Below are positions 53,001 through 64,000 of a stretch of DNA of 64,000 nt, piece after piece. Made by a program: the position numbers and the translations under genes. Below the pieces are notes generated by a model, which was not told the DNA's origin, searched no databases, and saw nothing but the letters and a program-made list of their open reading frames with translations. The stretch comes from Cenococcum geophilum (Eukaryota): NCBI GenBank assembly GCA_050273025.1, contig CP158635.1:3162001-3226000 (forward strand), in the 5' to 3' direction. Position 1 is the first letter of the stretch; every line of letters starts with the position of its first letter.

Positions 53001-53379
53001 AGGTATTGGATTATTCTTTAGGTTTGATATAGTGGCTAGTAAGGAATATTGTCTTACTATTGTGGGTTCCTTAAAAGTATAAAGTAAGGTAACTTATAGG
53101 CACGCTGCTTTTGGCAGCGCTTATAGTATTGCAAAGACGTAGAATTGGTTATAGGCTGGGTGTTAGTAGTAAAAAGGCGCAACGTAATGTCACGGGACGG
53201 GGTAGTGGCTACAAGACGTATGTATTTGAGGAGTCTATAAGACGTTGCGCGATCGATCGTAAGGGTCGAGGGCGTAAGGAGGTGATATACCTACGCGTAG
53301 CTGACATAAGCTGTACGCGAGGTGTACGCGAGAGCACGGGGCTCTCCTATGGAGGCCTCTGCGGTGGGGTTCCGTGACA
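47035..53379 (-). mobile_element. Ty3/Gypsy chromovirus-type LTR retrotransposon B (6345 bp, uninterrupted), inserted at the end of gag of A
   Basis: 192-bp LTRs TG..CA at 47035-47226 and 53188-53379 (9 mismatches by eye, all transitions). TSD CCTCC. PPT ctacccccctcc next to the left LTR. RT AYLDDIL (~50110); chromodomain ~47750-47600. Confidence 0.93.
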
Positions 53380-54657
53380 CCTCCTAGATTAATAGGACCT
53401 TATCCACTTTTACTTTTATTAAATAGTTTCTTATAAGGTAGCCTTTTTAACTGTATAAAAAGTAAGCCCCTTAATTGCTAAGGGCCTATATATAGGGGTT
53501 ACTATAGGTAGGCTAAGTAACGCTTAGCCTATAGTAGGGCTAGCTATATAGCTAATTACTAGGTTAGTAGCTAGTATAATAGGCGTTATAGGTTATACTA
53601 GGGTATTATAAGCTGTTTTTATATTACTTATAGCTTAATTTAAGGAATTCCTAGCCTTTATCTAGTTAGCTTATGCCTTAATTTAATAAAGGCCTTAGTT
53701 AATAGCTAGGTAGTAGTCTATAAGTTCTTTTAACATCTATATAGTAGTAAAAGCTAGTAATACGGCCCGCTATAAGTCTAGGGTAAGCTTATTAAAGAGG
53801 TCTAGAAGTAGGTTTTTCTGGGGAATCTAGGCTTACCTAGCTAGGTTTAAAAAGCGGGTTTAAAAGGCCGAGAATGTCTCTATTGTTTTTATATTTAGAC
53901 CTTTATAGCTAAGGTGGGCGTTCTATACCCTAAAAGGGTCCTTATAAATAAAAGATAGGTAGTTAATTATTTTTTCTTTAGAGAGGAAGGGTTCTGTTAA
54001 GTCCTAGGCGTATTACGGATATAGATATATCTATACGTCTCCACCGGTACGGCCGAAAACATAGGCTATTTTAGCTTAAGTAGTAGGGAAGTAGTCTATA
54101 TTAACTTTAAGCTTATCCTATAATTAAAGCTTCTAATTATTAAATATAGGGTTAGCTCCGTCTATAAGTAATAGGGGGTTTATAACCTTTGCGGACCGTA
54201 ATAATCCTAATACTATATATTAGGCTAGGGCCTTAAGGACTATAATAAGTCTATTTAATAGGTCCTCGCTAAATATAGGGGTGTTTTTAGTTTTAAGTAG
54301 TTCTTATAGCAGTTTAATTTCGGCATTAGCTGCTGCGAGCTCCGCTTAAGGGGTTAAGATATTAATTATTTCTTCGTCTAAGGTGTTTATAGGTCCTATA
54401 GCGGCTTTGCCTACTACTATATTTTATAGCATAGTAGTAGGGGTATTAAGTAATTCTAGGTAATTTCTTTATAGGTTCTGGTCTGTATATATCTTATAAG
54501 TCCTTTTCTTAGAGTTCTATTCTTTTCCTTTAGGTTCTGTCCTTATAGTCCTAATAATATCCTTAGGGTCCTATTCTATATCCTTGTCCTATTTATAGTC
54601 CTATAGATATATTTAAGTTCCTTCTTAGAAAGAAAGGGTAGTTTAAGCTTTAGATAA

Positions 54658-54882
54658 TATTAGCGACCTAGTTAATTAAGATATAAGTACGGTAAAAGGG
54701 TTACGTAAGCCTATACGATTAGATTATCTATAAACGAAAATTTAAAGCTAAGGAAAAGGAAAGAAAAGAAAAAGTAGCAACGCAAGGAGTTATATACGAT
54801 CCCTAGTTACGTAAGAGTCGCGTAAGCCCTGTGTCTGCTATAACGTCTACTATAGCTGCCGCTTTTTGCTAGTGCCGTAATA
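54658..54882 (-). repeat. 5' LTR of Gypsy A
   Basis: Direct repeat of 23051-23275, followed by the TSD CTAGT. Confidence 0.9.
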
Positions 54883-55141
54883 CTAGTTTAAAAATAAATC
54901 ACGTCTAAGCTCCCTAAAGTAACACTTATTATTAAAGTGTTACTGCTTATTTACCCTATACGTGACTTAATATAACAATAGCCATTAGTATTAAGATATA
55001 TTTGGCACCAAAAACCATATCGTACTAAGGAGTTTTGCCTGTATATAGCTATCTACTATAGTTTTACCTAACAGTTACTACTAAAGCGACGTCCATAAGC
55101 TCTTAGACGCTACGTTAAAGAATTTAAAATATAAGCATATA

Positions 55142-57862
55142 ACATATATAATGAGTTTTTAACTAATATCCTAGTTTTAACCGCGCTAGCAAACCACCCA
55201 CCTATTTTAGCTAGCTTATTACCTGTCTATACAAGTAGAGGTTATAAATATTATTACTAGATAAATGGCGTAGAGCGTATGCGGTAGGGGCTGTATATAT
55301 AGCGTAGGTTACCTAACTGCCTACGGCCTAATAGATAGCCCGACCTTTACTACCCCTTTATTTCTCTTTTGGTAGACGAGATAGACACGAATAAACCAAG
55401 AACCAGAACTACTTATTGCAATTGCAGTACCCCCTAGGTAATACCGACATTACCTAAAGCAATATACTGCTGCATTAAAGCTTAACCTATTACTTTCTTA
55501 TATATCAACTTTACGAAATATATTACTAACCTATAGCTATACCTCGCTAGCTTTAAGCGCCAGGTGCAGAAGATTGTCTATAAGCTACTTTAACTGCTTA
55601 GCGCGTTGGCGGCTTATATAAAAGCGCTAAAGCCTATATAAAGGTACATGGAGTTTTACCTACTACTTTTTAAAAGCGCCTATAAGGCAAACACTAATCT
55701 TATTACAACGCCTATACTAACTAGTATTATATTACTCCTGCTAGTAAAGCAGTAATTATTTAATACTATATCTACCTTACTAAGGCTAGGTTTCTATATT
55801 AGTACTATATAATTTAGACAATTGCTACCCTTATTTTACAACGCGAAAACTCCTACTTTCCTCCCTACTATAATATCGCGCTACTAGGCAAACGCTAAAT
55901 ATATAGCTTCCTTAAACGCTAGGGCGAGCTTTATACTTACTATATATAATTAATTAGCTTAGAACGAGCTATTGCTAGCAATAATCCCGCCCTTATTAAG
56001 AGGTTCTTTTCCAACTACTCTAATACGAAGACTTAGTATAATATTAAGGACGCTAATATATAGAATATAGATAAGACTAGCTACGCTATAGGCTATGCAT
56101 ACGCCGCTAAGGTAGTAGTTTTAAGAGGCAATACTATTAACTTTAAGACGATTAACGGCTTTAGGGAGTAGATATTACAAATTAATTTAATTGGAATGTA
56201 TAGGCAGACAATTCCACCATTTATTATTTTTAAAGGACGCTAATATATAGAATCTCTATAGTAAGAGGTAGAGGAAGCTATAAGCGAGTGTATACTAGCG
56301 ATAAGTAAGAATAGATAGTTAAATTAAAAGCTTAGAGTACGATGGCTAGAGTACTTTAAGTAATATACTAAACAAACTAAGGTATAGTAGAGGCTAATAG
56401 AGGACGGTAATAATAGTAAATATAATAGCTACTGGCTCTTAGTTATAGACGGCTATAGTAGCCACGTTAATATTAAGTTTGTTAAGCTTTACTAGTTAAA
56501 GAAAATTATACTAATTTATCTACCGCCGTATTTAACGTACCTTTTACAGCTATTAGATCTGGTTATATTCTTAGTTATTAAGCAACTATATTTATCTAAA
56601 GTTAATAAATATACGGCTTATAGTATTACTAGTATTAATAGAGAGTACTTTCTAAAAATACTAGGTGAGATTCGGCCGCGAATATATACTAGAGAGTTAA
56701 TTAGGAGCGCCTTTAAGGCAGTAGGCCTCTATCCCTTTAACCTAAATTAAGCTTTTAATCGCTGCTCCGTATAACCTTCTACTTAACTATCTATACCACC
56801 GCCTTCCTCTAAATATGCAACGATTCTATCCTCCCCTATATATCCTCCGCCACCTAATAGCAAATACGCTTAAGCTCGGTACGCGCGTATAATCCTTTAC
56901 CTAGAAACTACATAAGAGGTGACGGAGGTAGTGGTTTTAAAGCTAATACAGCACCTACAATCCCTAAAGAACGGCTTAGAGATTATACAGGCTAAGAATA
57001 ATAAACTTTGGCAACATACTAAGGAGAGAAAGGCTAAAAAGAAGTAAAAATAGACTATAATTTCTACCGAGTCGGTTCTTACACTAGAGGCAGTAAGAGA
57101 GCTTACCACTACTAAGCGCGCCGCCAACAAGGCCAAAGAGCAAGCTAGGCTTACTAAGGAATAGCTTAAGAGAGATCGTTAGGCAGTAGAAGCACTTGCT
57201 AGGAAACAAATTAACGCTAGAAAGGCAGCTAGGAAGAAGGCTGCTAATCTAAGAAAGCTGGCTAAGGAACACTAGCAAGAGGCAGTGGAGACAGGAAAGG
57301 TAGCAAGTAAGGCGCAAAAGAACTCCCTTACCGCCGCCAATATAGCTCACAAAAAGAACACTAAAGAAGCTTAACTAGCGGCTTAAATAGCAGCTGATTA
57401 TGCGCTATTAAAACAGTTAACTGCGGAAGAGCTCCAGAAGCGGGCGAAGGACTCCATTACCGCTATCGCCGCCGCTGCGGCTCTCGTTAAGCAACTTCAA
57501 GATGCAGCCAAGGGAGCGGGAGGAGCTACTTTACTGGAGGACACTCAGCAAGGGCAGGTGACGGATAGGTTGGAGGACGACGATACAAGTAATCTAGGCG
57601 ACGAGGAGTCCTCAGATGAGGACGTTGAGTCAATTGGCGACCTTCGGTGGCCGATCGACTGGCCAATTGAGCTCTAGAACACCAATGGCCGACTTAATAT
57701 AGACTTTATTATATATATTTATGGCTTCAAGGCTCCCTAGAAATAATGCGATGATTTTTAATGGGTTTTACTAGTGTTTTGTCACCAAATTAACATTTGG
57801 TGGCATTTTGGTGTTCAAATCGGTCAAAACTAGGGTGTCGGTCAAAACCCCATCACATACGT
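55142..57862 (+). mobile_element. Tc1/mariner pogo-type (Fot1/Pot-like) DNA transposon, ~2.7 kb
   Basis: Right TIR ...cggtcaaaactagggtgtcggtcaaaaccccatcacatacgt followed by TA (57863-64). RIPed left TIR TA|acatatataatgagtttttaactaatatcctagttttaaccg at 55142. Confidence 0.88.
55539..57677 (+). pseudogene. RIP-inactivated DDE_1 (pogo/CENP-B-like) transposase
   Basis: HTH remnants, I*NIDKTSY (from WNMDETG, ~56070), LLVIDGYSSHVNI, LPPYLTYLLQLLDLVIF, then an Ala/Lys-rich coiled coil and acidic tail ending in TAG at 57677. Confidence 0.8.
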
Positions 57863-58087
57863 TAGCGATTTTCTGCCCCGTAACCAAGCACGAGCTGATC
57901 TAAGTTCGGCTAAAATTCCACTACGGAGCGTCTGATTTATGACATAACTCTAACCCGGAGTTTCGCCGGCCGGACCTGCAGGCCTCTAGTCCTGAGCAAT
58001 CCCCGTGTCCAAGTCGTACTCGAGACCCCCAAAGCTGCCAACAAGCCCTCATGGCCATACCACTCTGCCCTTGAGTAACACACCACA

Positions 58088-60370
58088 ATGAACGATGCCG
58101 AAGCCGTCACCATCAAGCTCGCCGAGCTTCTCCGGCACCCCGAGGACCTCGACAAGATCCCCGCACTCAAAGCCGAATTTACTCGCAAGAAAGCCGCCAT
58201 AGATGGGCAGCTGCGCCATGGGCTCAAGGAGCAGCTAGAGGTGACACAGGCAGGTATGAATAGCATCACAGATGGCCAGCGCACTGTCAACCAGATCAAG
58301 GAGGAAATGATGAAGATTGACAAGCTGTGCGCGGAGGCGCAGAACATGATTCGAGACTTCCCGCACATCAACCTCGTTGCGCAGACACATAGGAATTTTG
58401 AGCAGGTGGAGAAGATGAAGAGGGATATTGATGGGTTTGAGGAGAACTTGACGAGGCTAGAGGCATTGCTGCGGGAAGATGACAATGACCCGGGGAACCA
58501 GCCGAATTTGTTGGAAATACATTATGGGCTGACGCAGTTAAGGGATATAAGGGATGCGGCAATGGATCAGATCAAGAGCTCGGAAGAGGCTTCAACGGAG
58601 CTGATTGAGAATTTAAGGTTAGACACTGGGTCTACAGTACAGGATTCCTTCAACAGATTGGAGGATGTGGTTGGCTGGTTTGATGAGCATGTTGGGAATG
58701 CATGTATGAATCTGATACCACTCGTTCAATCTGGAAACAGTGGCATGGTGGTCAGATTGGCTTTGGTTATTGAGGAAGAGGAGAAGAACGATAAGAAGGC
58801 CAAAGCTCTCCAAGACGCGCAGAGGGAATACAAAGAGCTAGCATCGCGCTTCAAGTCTATTGCGACGGGGCCTAAGGAATTGCGAGGCTACAAGGAAAAA
58901 TTTCTCAAGGCAATCGAAATGGCTACTACAATCCAGATCGACGCGTCGAATGAAGCTTTCCTAGACGACTCTGACAAGCTGGAGAAGTGTGTTCGTTGGT
59001 ACTTCAACGACCTTAACACCGTCAAGTTAGGCATGACAGGCTTGATGCCCAAAAAATGGCGGATATTCCAGACATATGTGAATATCTATCATAAGCTCAT
59101 GCATGATTGGTTAATCGAGCGCATCGACGACCCAGAGCTCAAACCCGCGCATATGTTGGCCATCATTCACTGGGAGGAGAAGTACTACGCCAAAATGCAG
59201 AAACTCGGTTTAGCTGAAGAAAATCTTTCCCCCCATCTCATCGACAATCGCGCTGCAGAGCTGGTCCGCGAGTACCGCCAACTCATCATCAAAGCTGTTG
59301 AAGAATGGATGGACCGTATGGCTGTTACTGACAGGCAGAACTTCCTGGCACGTAGCGAGGCCGCGCTCGACACAGATGAAAATGGCTGTTTCCGCACGAA
59401 GACTCTTGGTGACATGTGGCGTATGCTTCGCGAGCAACTCATATTTGCCGGCAACAGCGACCGTACCGATGTGGCAGAGGGCGTTGTCGACGCCATGTTC
59501 CGCGCGCTCTCTTCCCGCCAGCGCATGTGGGAATCCCTCGCCGACGCAGAACTCGCGAAGTACTCCGCTCCAACTGCGGACCAAGAAGGATTGCAGCCGC
59601 TTCAGGATTGGCTAGTTGCAGTTGCTAACGACCAAATCGCTTGCATCGACGAGGCCAACCAGGACGCAGACGGCTTGACCTCATATCTTACCCTCTTCAA
59701 CCGCGACATCACGCCGCTAGTATCCCCTGCCTACGTACCTACAGTAACGACTCAAATCGATACCCTCTTGACCGGCTACGTCGATTTAAGCACCCACTTC
59801 ATCCACATCTTCGCCTCCTTAATTTTCACCGTGGACTTCCGGTCCATCATGTCCGAGTTCTTCACCCCAGCCTGGTACTCCCAAAAACGCATCGGCCAAA
59901 TCGTGTCGACATTCCAAGACTACCTAGCCGACTACGAGCGCGTCCTACATCCATCTCTGCGCGACATTCTCGTCGAAGAGCTTGCCGACGAGCTCCTCGC
60001 GCGCTACCTCTCCGCCGTGCGCAACCGCGGCGCCAAGTTCCGCCGCTCAGACCCCTTTGTCGAGAAAATCAAAGACGACGTGCTCACCGCGTTCAATTTC
60101 TTCGAGTTGTACCCTTCTTTCCCGGAAATCAAAACGAAATGGCGCGCCGTCGATGGTTTTGTCAAACTCCTCGAAGCGGACAAGAGCGCTGTCCCGGCCA
60201 TATACGAGTCCGTTAAGGGGCAGTATTGGGACGTGCAGATTGGATGGATTGAGGCTGTGCTGAGGGCTCGTGATGATTTTGAGAGAAGCATGTTGAATGC
60301 GGTTAAGGCGAAGGCGGCGGAAGTCTACGTTGAGCGTGGATCTGAGACGATTATGAGTAAGGTCAAGTGA
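58088..60370 (+). CDS. SEC6: Exocyst complex component Sec6, 760 aa, single exon
   Basis: Intact 760-aa ORF beginning LAELLRHPEDLDKIPALKAEFTRKKAAIDGQL and ending RGSETIMSKVK, typical of fungal Sec6. Confidence 0.95.
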   Translation: MNDAEAVTIKLAELLRHPEDLDKIPALKAEFTRKKAAIDGQLRHGLKEQLEVTQAGMNSITDGQRTVNQIKEEMMKIDKLCAEAQNMIRDFPHINLVAQTHRNFEQVEKMKRDIDGFEENLTRLEALLREDDNDPGNQPNLLEIHYGLTQLRDIRDAAMDQIKSSEEASTELIENLRLDTGSTVQDSFNRLEDVVGWFDEHVGNACMNLIPLVQSGNSGMVVRLALVIEEEEKNDKKAKALQDAQREYKELASRFKSIATGPKELRGYKEKFLKAIEMATTIQIDASNEAFLDDSDKLEKCVRWYFNDLNTVKLGMTGLMPKKWRIFQTYVNIYHKLMHDWLIERIDDPELKPAHMLAIIHWEEKYYAKMQKLGLAEENLSPHLIDNRAAELVREYRQLIIKAVEEWMDRMAVTDRQNFLARSEAALDTDENGCFRTKTLGDMWRMLREQLIFAGNSDRTDVAEGVVDAMFRALSSRQRMWESLADAELAKYSAPTADQEGLQPLQDWLVAVANDQIACIDEANQDADGLTSYLTLFNRDITPLVSPAYVPTVTTQIDTLLTGYVDLSTHFIHIFASLIFTVDFRSIMSEFFTPAWYSQKRIGQIVSTFQDYLADYERVLHPSLRDILVEELADELLARYLSAVRNRGAKFRRSDPFVEKIKDDVLTAFNFFELYPSFPEIKTKWRAVDGFVKLLEADKSAVPAIYESVKGQYWDVQIGWIEAVLRARDDFERSMLNAVKAKAAEVYVERGSETIMSKVK

Positions 60371-60756
60371 GTAGCATAGATACGGCATGAGTTTAGCGTT
60401 TCTGGATTTAGAATTTCGGATGCGTTTGAACGCGCATGCTTTTCGTGTACTCGCTTCTGAGATTGGTGAGCGGTGCATCGGGTCTGGTTTAGATGGCATG
60501 GCGTTTTGACTGTACAGAAAAAGCTATGATGTACTTATACCCGAGCCTTGTTTCAAATGTTCATGGATGCGCAAGTTATGTTCTTAAAAGGGGTTTCATT
60601 AAGATCCATTCTATCATACCTGGCTCATGGCCTCCCTAAGCAAACTTCTTTCACTCATAACAGACCATAAACGCCTCTTCGCGCCCAAATTCCTGTATCC
60701 CATCCTTAACACTGTCATACCATCATCACGACTATCGGAATCATCATCCATTCGGG

Positions 60757-63700
60757 CTACGCCTTGGACTTCATCCATCCCCCACCCCTTTCTCTGCCCC
60801 TCCCACTCTTATCCACTCGCCCTCCCCTCGTTTTCTGAACCCCGAGACCCCTCCTCTGCGCCTTAAACCCCCCTCTTCCCCTCTGCCCTCCCGTTTTCTC
60901 CTGCCTCATCGCCTTCATCTTCTCGCCCACCTCCTCCTCATCCACCTCCATCTCATCATCATCTTTCCGCCTGCGATTACTGAATTTCAGCTTCCCCCGC
61001 TGCCCGCGCTGCGCCGCATCCCGTCCTTTGATCGCATCCACATACGCATTAATACCGCCCTCCAGCGTGCCATCGCCGGGCCCGCTGCCATCGCCCATCA
61101 AGATATCGCCATCGTCCTCGGCCTCGGAGTCCTCCGGCCCGCCGAGAATAAGCTTGCCGTCGAGGTTGACCTTCGCCTTCGACTTCTTCGCCGGGACCGC
61201 CTTCTGCTTGAGTGGTTTCGTTGACGAGATATTGCCCAACGCGCGTCGGGAGAGGAGGTCGAGCGGCTCGTCCTCGTCCTCGACGATGTACGTCTTGCTC
61301 TCCTTCCGGTCGGCCTTGCCGCCCTTCTTGCGCCCCATGACCTCCTCGTCCGAGACGTCGCTGCCGTCGCTCTCGTCGTCGTCGTCGTTGCTGCCATATA
61401 CAGCCTCGTCGAACTCGGACTCGAAGTTGCTCTTGTGCTTCGGCGCGGCGTCCGCCTCGTCCTCATCCTCCTCGCCGCCTTCCTTCTTTCTCTTCTTCCT
61501 CTCCCGCGTCTTCCGGATGTTGGCGATGAGCTTGCGGTCTTCCTCCGGACACGCCTTCTCGACGACGTCGACGCCGAAGCGGCGGATCATGCGCTCGAGG
61601 ATGTGCTTCACCTTGGCCTTGAAGTGGGCCTTGTGCTCGTGGCTCCAGACCATCAGGTTCGGGACCAGGGCTTTGAGGCGCGGCAGCATGAGGTCCTGCG
61701 GCAGCGAGATGACCGAGACCTTGACGAAGCCAAGCACCGAGCGGACGATCTCGCGGTTCGGGTTCTGGATGAATATGTCCATGAGCTCGAGCAGGTTCTG
61801 CACTGTCTCCGTCGATATGCGCGATTGGAAATGGTACAGGATTCTCGTGACGGCGGTGATCGTGGCGGAGATCATGTGCGGTGTGCTTCCTGCCAGACCT
61901 GCCGAGACCATCGTGAAGTACTCTTCTAGCGTCGCTGGCACGGATGGCGTGTCGGATGACATATTTGGAACTTTTGCGTTAACGACGGTGCCACCGAGCG
62001 CCATCTTCTCCCCCATGGAAACTAGGAGGTCGAAGGCAGCTGTGCGCGCTTTCTCGTTGACTTCTTTGGCTGAGATGACAACTTCTGGGAGGATTGAGGG
62101 TATGAAGTGGAGGTCGCTGTTGGGGATGAATTCAACGATCTGAGCGATAGCAGCCAGCCGGTCGCGGCGGGAGGGTGCCGATGCTTTATCCGAACTTTGT
62201 AGTAAGAGCTGTTGTAGCTCAGTATTTCGTTCTTCCAGCGCAGCTTTGCCGATGGGTGACTCGGCGAGACGGGGAATGAGCTTGTAAGCTTTCTTCTGCA
62301 GCTGCGGATCATCGTCCTTATTAACGATGAGAGCAGCCATTTGAAACAGGGTGGGGAAACTATCGCGAGGGAGGTAGATGGAGATTGTAATGACAAGGTC
62401 CATGAGTGTGTGGCTCATTGGTGGCATTTTATCTTTCGTTTTCTCTTGCTTTTGCTTATCGGCTTGTGTTTGGGGACCACCCTCACCAAGGGAGGACTCG
62501 AGGTGGGTCGTAACTCGTACGAAGGTTTCCATGAGTTCCTGTGAGAGATGTTACTACCCGTCTAGGAATAGATAAGAGATTCTACTGGCTTACCTTCTCC
62601 GGTGTGATGCTCAGATAAGCATTTATACAGCGAAGGATGATCCCTCTGTATTGCGGTAGAGTCTGACTGTAGACGTTGAATAGCACTGCTAGTAGATTGC
62701 TAGCGAATCCTGCCAAGTGATCAAGATTATTCTTCGCATCAGCTTTGGATACTTTTGACTGAGCGACAAGATTTTCTTCTTCGTCAAATAACTCTATTAT
62801 GGCTTTGTTAGAGTCTACGAGGTTTTGCAGTGCCCTACATAGATCTGTCCTTAGATCCGCCTGCCCATATAGCAAGTTAGATAATAGTTCCGCAAAGCTC
62901 TGATCGAAAGCCTAGAACAATGTCAGCGAGTTCGGCAAAAGCGCAAAAATGTTCGACCTACTTCAGTAAGATCAAGCGGCAAATCACAGTAACCGGGCAG
63001 AATAGACCAAACTTGCTGTACAACGGTCTCAAACACCTTGATCTCCATAGTTTTCTCTGCATCCCCGTGCTCGAGAACTCGCTGAAAAATTGCCTCGCTT
63101 AAGGGAACCATATCTGATCTAAAATGTGCCAGGCGCGTATTGCTTACGGAGTCTCGGAGAATTGGCAGCATCCAAACCCGTCCAGGGTGGCCTGGAGCGG
63201 GTTTCGGAAGGTTAAGCGGTAAAATCTTGAGGACGTTATCTGGACCCATGGCCCGTATCGCTTTTGCAAGGACTGCATCGGCTTCTTTCTTTCCCGCGAA
63301 GGACTCGTTTCCTCGCAGTTCCCCAATGGTCCTGACCACGTTTGAGAGAAGCGGGGCTGAACGCCATCGCAACGCTTCGAATATTGCACCGAGAACATTG
63401 AAGACCTCCATCCAGGCGGCTTGGAACTTTATGCTCAAGAGATCCGTAGCAGTCTTCGCTAGCTTCTCCAGGACTTTCTCGTCAAATATTGAAGGGTCCA
63501 GCAGGACGTTGTCTGGTATGCAATTTGCCATGAACGAAATGAGACATTCTGAAGCAGAAATACGGATGTTGTGAGAAGGAGAACTAAGGAAGTTGGATAT
63601 CATAGCAAATAAATTAGGAAGGTTTTGGAAAGTCTCATCAGGGTTGATCTGTGCTGAGACATCGTAACCTCTGGATAAGACAGCTATCCATGGGGGAAGC

Positions 63701-64000
63701 AATTGTGAATCATTCTTCGATGGCTGTAGCTCCGAGATCACCTCGAGTAGTCGAGGGAGCTTTACAGAAGACACTTCATCGGCCATTCCAGCGAATATGA
63801 CTTCAAAAACTTCGAATGCAGCCATGGTAAGGTATTCATTGCTCGACTTCGAGATATTCAATAAGAGTTCACAAAGCGAGTCAATCTTTCTACTCGGCCA
63901 GCCTCCAGAAGCAGTCGCAATGGTCTTGATCAGTTGTAAAGCATGAATGAGGCCCGGTTCATGATGTTGACCGTCACGTTGCGACTTGTGCTTTTTACTT
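60757..64000 (-). CDS. RRP12: Ribosomal RNA processing protein Rrp12 (NUC173 domain), 3' part
   Basis: Exons >64000-62962, 62911-62594 and 62538-60757, with GT..AG introns 62961-62912 and 62593-62539. Motifs GRVWMLPILRD, LQKKAYK, KEVNEKARTAAFDLL, KVKHILERMIRRFG, DEPLDLL. Confidence 0.93.

Larger units (their letters stand above)
23051..54882 (-). mobile_element. Ty3/Gypsy chromovirus-type LTR retrotransposon A (outer host; ~6.1 kb once the insertions are removed), RIP-inactivated
   Basis: 225-bp LTRs at 23051-23275 and 54658-54882. 5-bp TSD CTAGT (23046-50 and 54883-87). PPT next to the left LTR. Minus-strand gag ~54600-53385, protease LVNSRVN (~27510, from LVDSGAN), RT AYLDNI (~26040), RNase H, integrase and chromodomain (~23580-23440). 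Confidence 0.92.

Noticed and set aside
22886..57136. Short Ile/Leu/Tyr-rich ORFs listed in the ORF track within the AT-rich block
   Set aside because: RIP artefacts on TE sequence, mostly antisense to the element ORFs.
21950..57862. Starship or other giant cargo-carrying element
   Set aside because: No tyrosine recombinase (DUF3435) captain or host-type cargo genes seen; most of the block is accounted for by ordinary nested TEs.
57937..58485. 182-aa minus-strand ORF and other short ORFs over SEC6
   Set aside because: Antisense or alternative-frame shadows of SEC6.
61028..62143. 371-aa plus-strand ORF
   Set aside because: Antisense shadow of GC3-rich RRP12; its Ser-rich content mirrors the Asp/Glu codons on the other strand.

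Overview
Genomic DNA of a RIP-active filamentous ascomycete (GT..CTAAC..AG introns; Dothideomycete-like by inference only). Two gene-rich flanks surround a ~36 kb AT-rich block of RIP-degraded transposons (~21,950-57,862). The left flank (1-21.9 kb) has a PTH11-like membrane protein (partial), a bHLH transcription factor, a TMEM135-like protein, a Fic-domain pseudogene head-to-head with a HeLo-like/ankyrin gene, several decayed genes, APS3, frataxin, DPH3 and an intronless PD-(D/E)xK-like orphan. The right flank has SEC6 and RRP12 (partial). LTR pairs and target-site duplications resolve most of the AT-rich block into a nest: Gypsy A (23051-54882) contains Copia C (27627-46975) and Gypsy B (47035-53379), and Copia C contains Gypsy D (29944-37627) and a Tad1-like LINE (39261-44828). 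A pogo/Fot1-type DNA transposon (55142-57862) closes the block 225 bp before the SEC6 ATG. The most unusual item is a spliced gene carried antisense inside Gypsy D, with a Cys6 zinc-cluster-like motif and an acidic tail. All calls come from reading the sequence by eye; no database search was run.
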